Positions 36,801-37,589 of a DNA stretch of 37,589 nt are shown one piece after another. The notes under the pieces are model-generated. The model was given only the letters and a program-made list of their open reading frames with translations, had not been told where the DNA came from and did no database searches. A program made the translations under genes and the position numbers. How positions within the stretch are numbered: the first letter of the stretch is position 1; every line of letters starts with the position of its first letter. This DNA is from Basidiobolus meristosporus CBS 931.73 (taxonomy: Eukaryota > Fungi > Basidiobolomycota): assembly GCA_002104905.1 (NCBI GenBank), contig MCFE01000771.1, forward strand, positions 1 to 37,589, in the 5' to 3' direction.

Positions 36801-37589
36801 GATGATCTTATTATAGCCGCCAATAACCTAGAAACATTGGAAGAGACTAAATCCAGCCTATCTAAGGAGTTCAAGATGTCCGATCTAGGAGAACTTAGTT
36901 ACTACTTAGGGATTAAGTTCTCCATAGACAGAAGTACCCAGACTATTACCCTAAGCCAATCCAAGTATATTCAAGATATACTAAAGAAGTACAAAATGGA
37001 AGACTGTAAACCGGCAGCTACCCCAATGGAGACAAACCTTAACTTGGTCAAAACTCAACCAAATCAAGAGAGCTTGGTGCCATCTGAAAGCCCTGACTTT
37101 CCTTATCAATCTATGGTCGGCAGTCTGATGTATATCATGCTTGGAACACGTCCAGATATCTCATATTCAGTGGGAGTTGTCAGCCAACATAATCAGAATT
37201 ATGGATCTGATCATATTGCAGCAGTTAAGCGGATTTTTAGATACCTAAAAGGAACTGCTGATATCTGCTTAAGATACACTTATAAGGATTCAGAACAGGA
37301 TCTTGTGGGATACTCTGATGCTGATTGGGGACGAAATTTAGAAGACAGAAGATCCACCACAGGATACACCTTTCTTTACTGTAAAGGAGCAATTTCATGG
37401 AATTCAAGAAAGCAACCAACCGTAGCACTTTCTACTACAGAGGCAGAGTATATGGCAGCCTGTGAAGCTACAAAAGAAGCAATGTGGTTAAGAAAGCTCT
37501 TTACAGATTTAGGCCTATGTCAAAAAACGCCTATTACTTTATTTCAAGATAATCAAGGATGTATACAATTAGGTAGAAATCCAACTTTT
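33804..37589 (+). CDS. Copia gag-pol polyprotein (3'-partial, 1262 codons in window)
   Basis: CNYCKRKGHTSDRC zinc knuckle, WYIDSGASQH, LWHRRFGH/CEAC, HSDLCGP, RSDNGGEY, QQNGVAER, MDVKTAFLNG, YVDDL, GYSDADW, EAEY, QDNQG. The start and the window end are in the same frame. The ORF track lists no terminated ORF here, consistent with no stop. Confidence 0.93.
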   Translation, partial: MSPELSLSAMSTTAITGIFPSAEKLDGSNYQVWKVKMKMLLQERGLWDIVMGEECPPKNVGEEALKYQKKEQSAFNCICLNVKDKLLIQCSRAKTAKNAWKALEDTYQSCSAAKKMYLRRKFFTTKMLPGEEMKNLINRITLLVDEMESVGVPTTDEDVIVTILNSLTDEFQGLVSALESRTEDLTLNYVYGRLLDEELRKSSANKKEEENALISNDNQQRRYPRPYKGNSNLFCNYCKRKGHTSDRCFKKRDYQQKKPEYGNAATTEDRLFISALNMTTNKDSQTWYIDSGASQHFTHQKELFTQYQEIPIKKVFMGDDRTLDAVGEGTIQVNLRSSEGSHTLTFKEVLYVPEIAKNLLSVSKATAEGLSFSFDNSGCRITDQNGAHIASGIRDQNLYKLTYIPSYLEANISNLNEETPMLWHRRFGHINFDYLRKMIKDQLISGVKIDPPANLEHCEACIYGKQARQPFKSSGLIKTKKKLDLIHSDLCGPMQNLSLGGMKYLITFIDDYTRYTWVYFMERKEEALSKLREFKSMVERETGEKIKKIRSDNGGEYTSKLFIHFCKIHGIKQETTVPYSPQQNGVAERANRSIIDMARSMIHDQKLSYDFWAESVATAVYLKNRSYNRILRDSTPFEAWYGHRPSAEHLRIFGCTAYAKKLAGNQSKFEPKSVKCIFLGYCNESKAYRLYNTEAKKLIKSRDVLFDENSKFSQKMTSDDDENLISSPPIVRIESEQNNENFFTPEDSTTVVQPESVPRNIPEVIIPVSNARRSNRTRNSPNYYINEGTNLAYAYSVHIDEPQTVKEALNSPQTKFWRSAMTEEYQALMENQTWDLVKLPINRKSIGCRWVFKTKYKADGTIERYKARLVAKGYSQTKGLDYTETFAPVAKFNSIRLILAIAAKYKFFIHQMDVKTAFLNGELDEDVYMDQPDGFVDQDNPHLVCKLKKSLYGLKQSPRAWNCKIDSYLESLSFKRSNADYSIYYKPDRANPVLLALYVDDLIIAANNLETLEETKSSLSKEFKMSDLGELSYYLGIKFSIDRSTQTITLSQSKYIQDILKKYKMEDCKPAATPMETNLNLVKTQPNQESLVPSESPDFPYQSMVGSLMYIMLGTRPDISYSVGVVSQHNQNYGSDHIAAVKRIFRYLKGTADICLRYTYKDSEQDLVGYSDADWGRNLEDRRSTTGYTFLYCKGAISWNSRKQPTVALSTTEAEYMAACEATKEAMWLRKLFTDLGLCQKTPITLFQDNQGCIQLGRNPTF

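Larger units (their letters stand above)
33450..37589 (+). mobile_element. Ty1/copia LTR retrotransposon, apparently intact, truncated by the window end
   Basis: LTR-PBS-single ORF with copia domain order gag-PR-IN-RT-RH. Confidence 0.96.

Overview
Gene-dense, intron-rich eukaryotic DNA from a fungus. Short 50-100 nt GT-AG introns with CTAAC/CTGAC branch sites and the gene set suggest an early-diverging lineage, such as a Basidiobolus-like zoopagomycete; this placement is inference only. In order: tRNA-Thr(CGT); a CpG-poor decayed stretch; an intron-retaining squalene epoxidase (ERG1) pseudogene absent from the ORF track; importin-7/NMD5 with a +1 frameshift in exon 1; a Ctr copper transporter convergent with a MOT1-family molybdate transporter; DED1; an EI24/Rrt8-like membrane protein; a METTL21-like methyltransferase; a Pho80/Pcl cyclin; a 7TM-RGS fusion; SET2 head-to-head with ISWI; RIM20/palA; a small 4-exon conserved protein; and a decayed Ty1/copia element interrupted by an apparently intact relative. 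Both copia copies have a half-tRNAiMet-type primer binding site. Exon structures were assembled by hand and all family calls are from motif recognition, not database searches.
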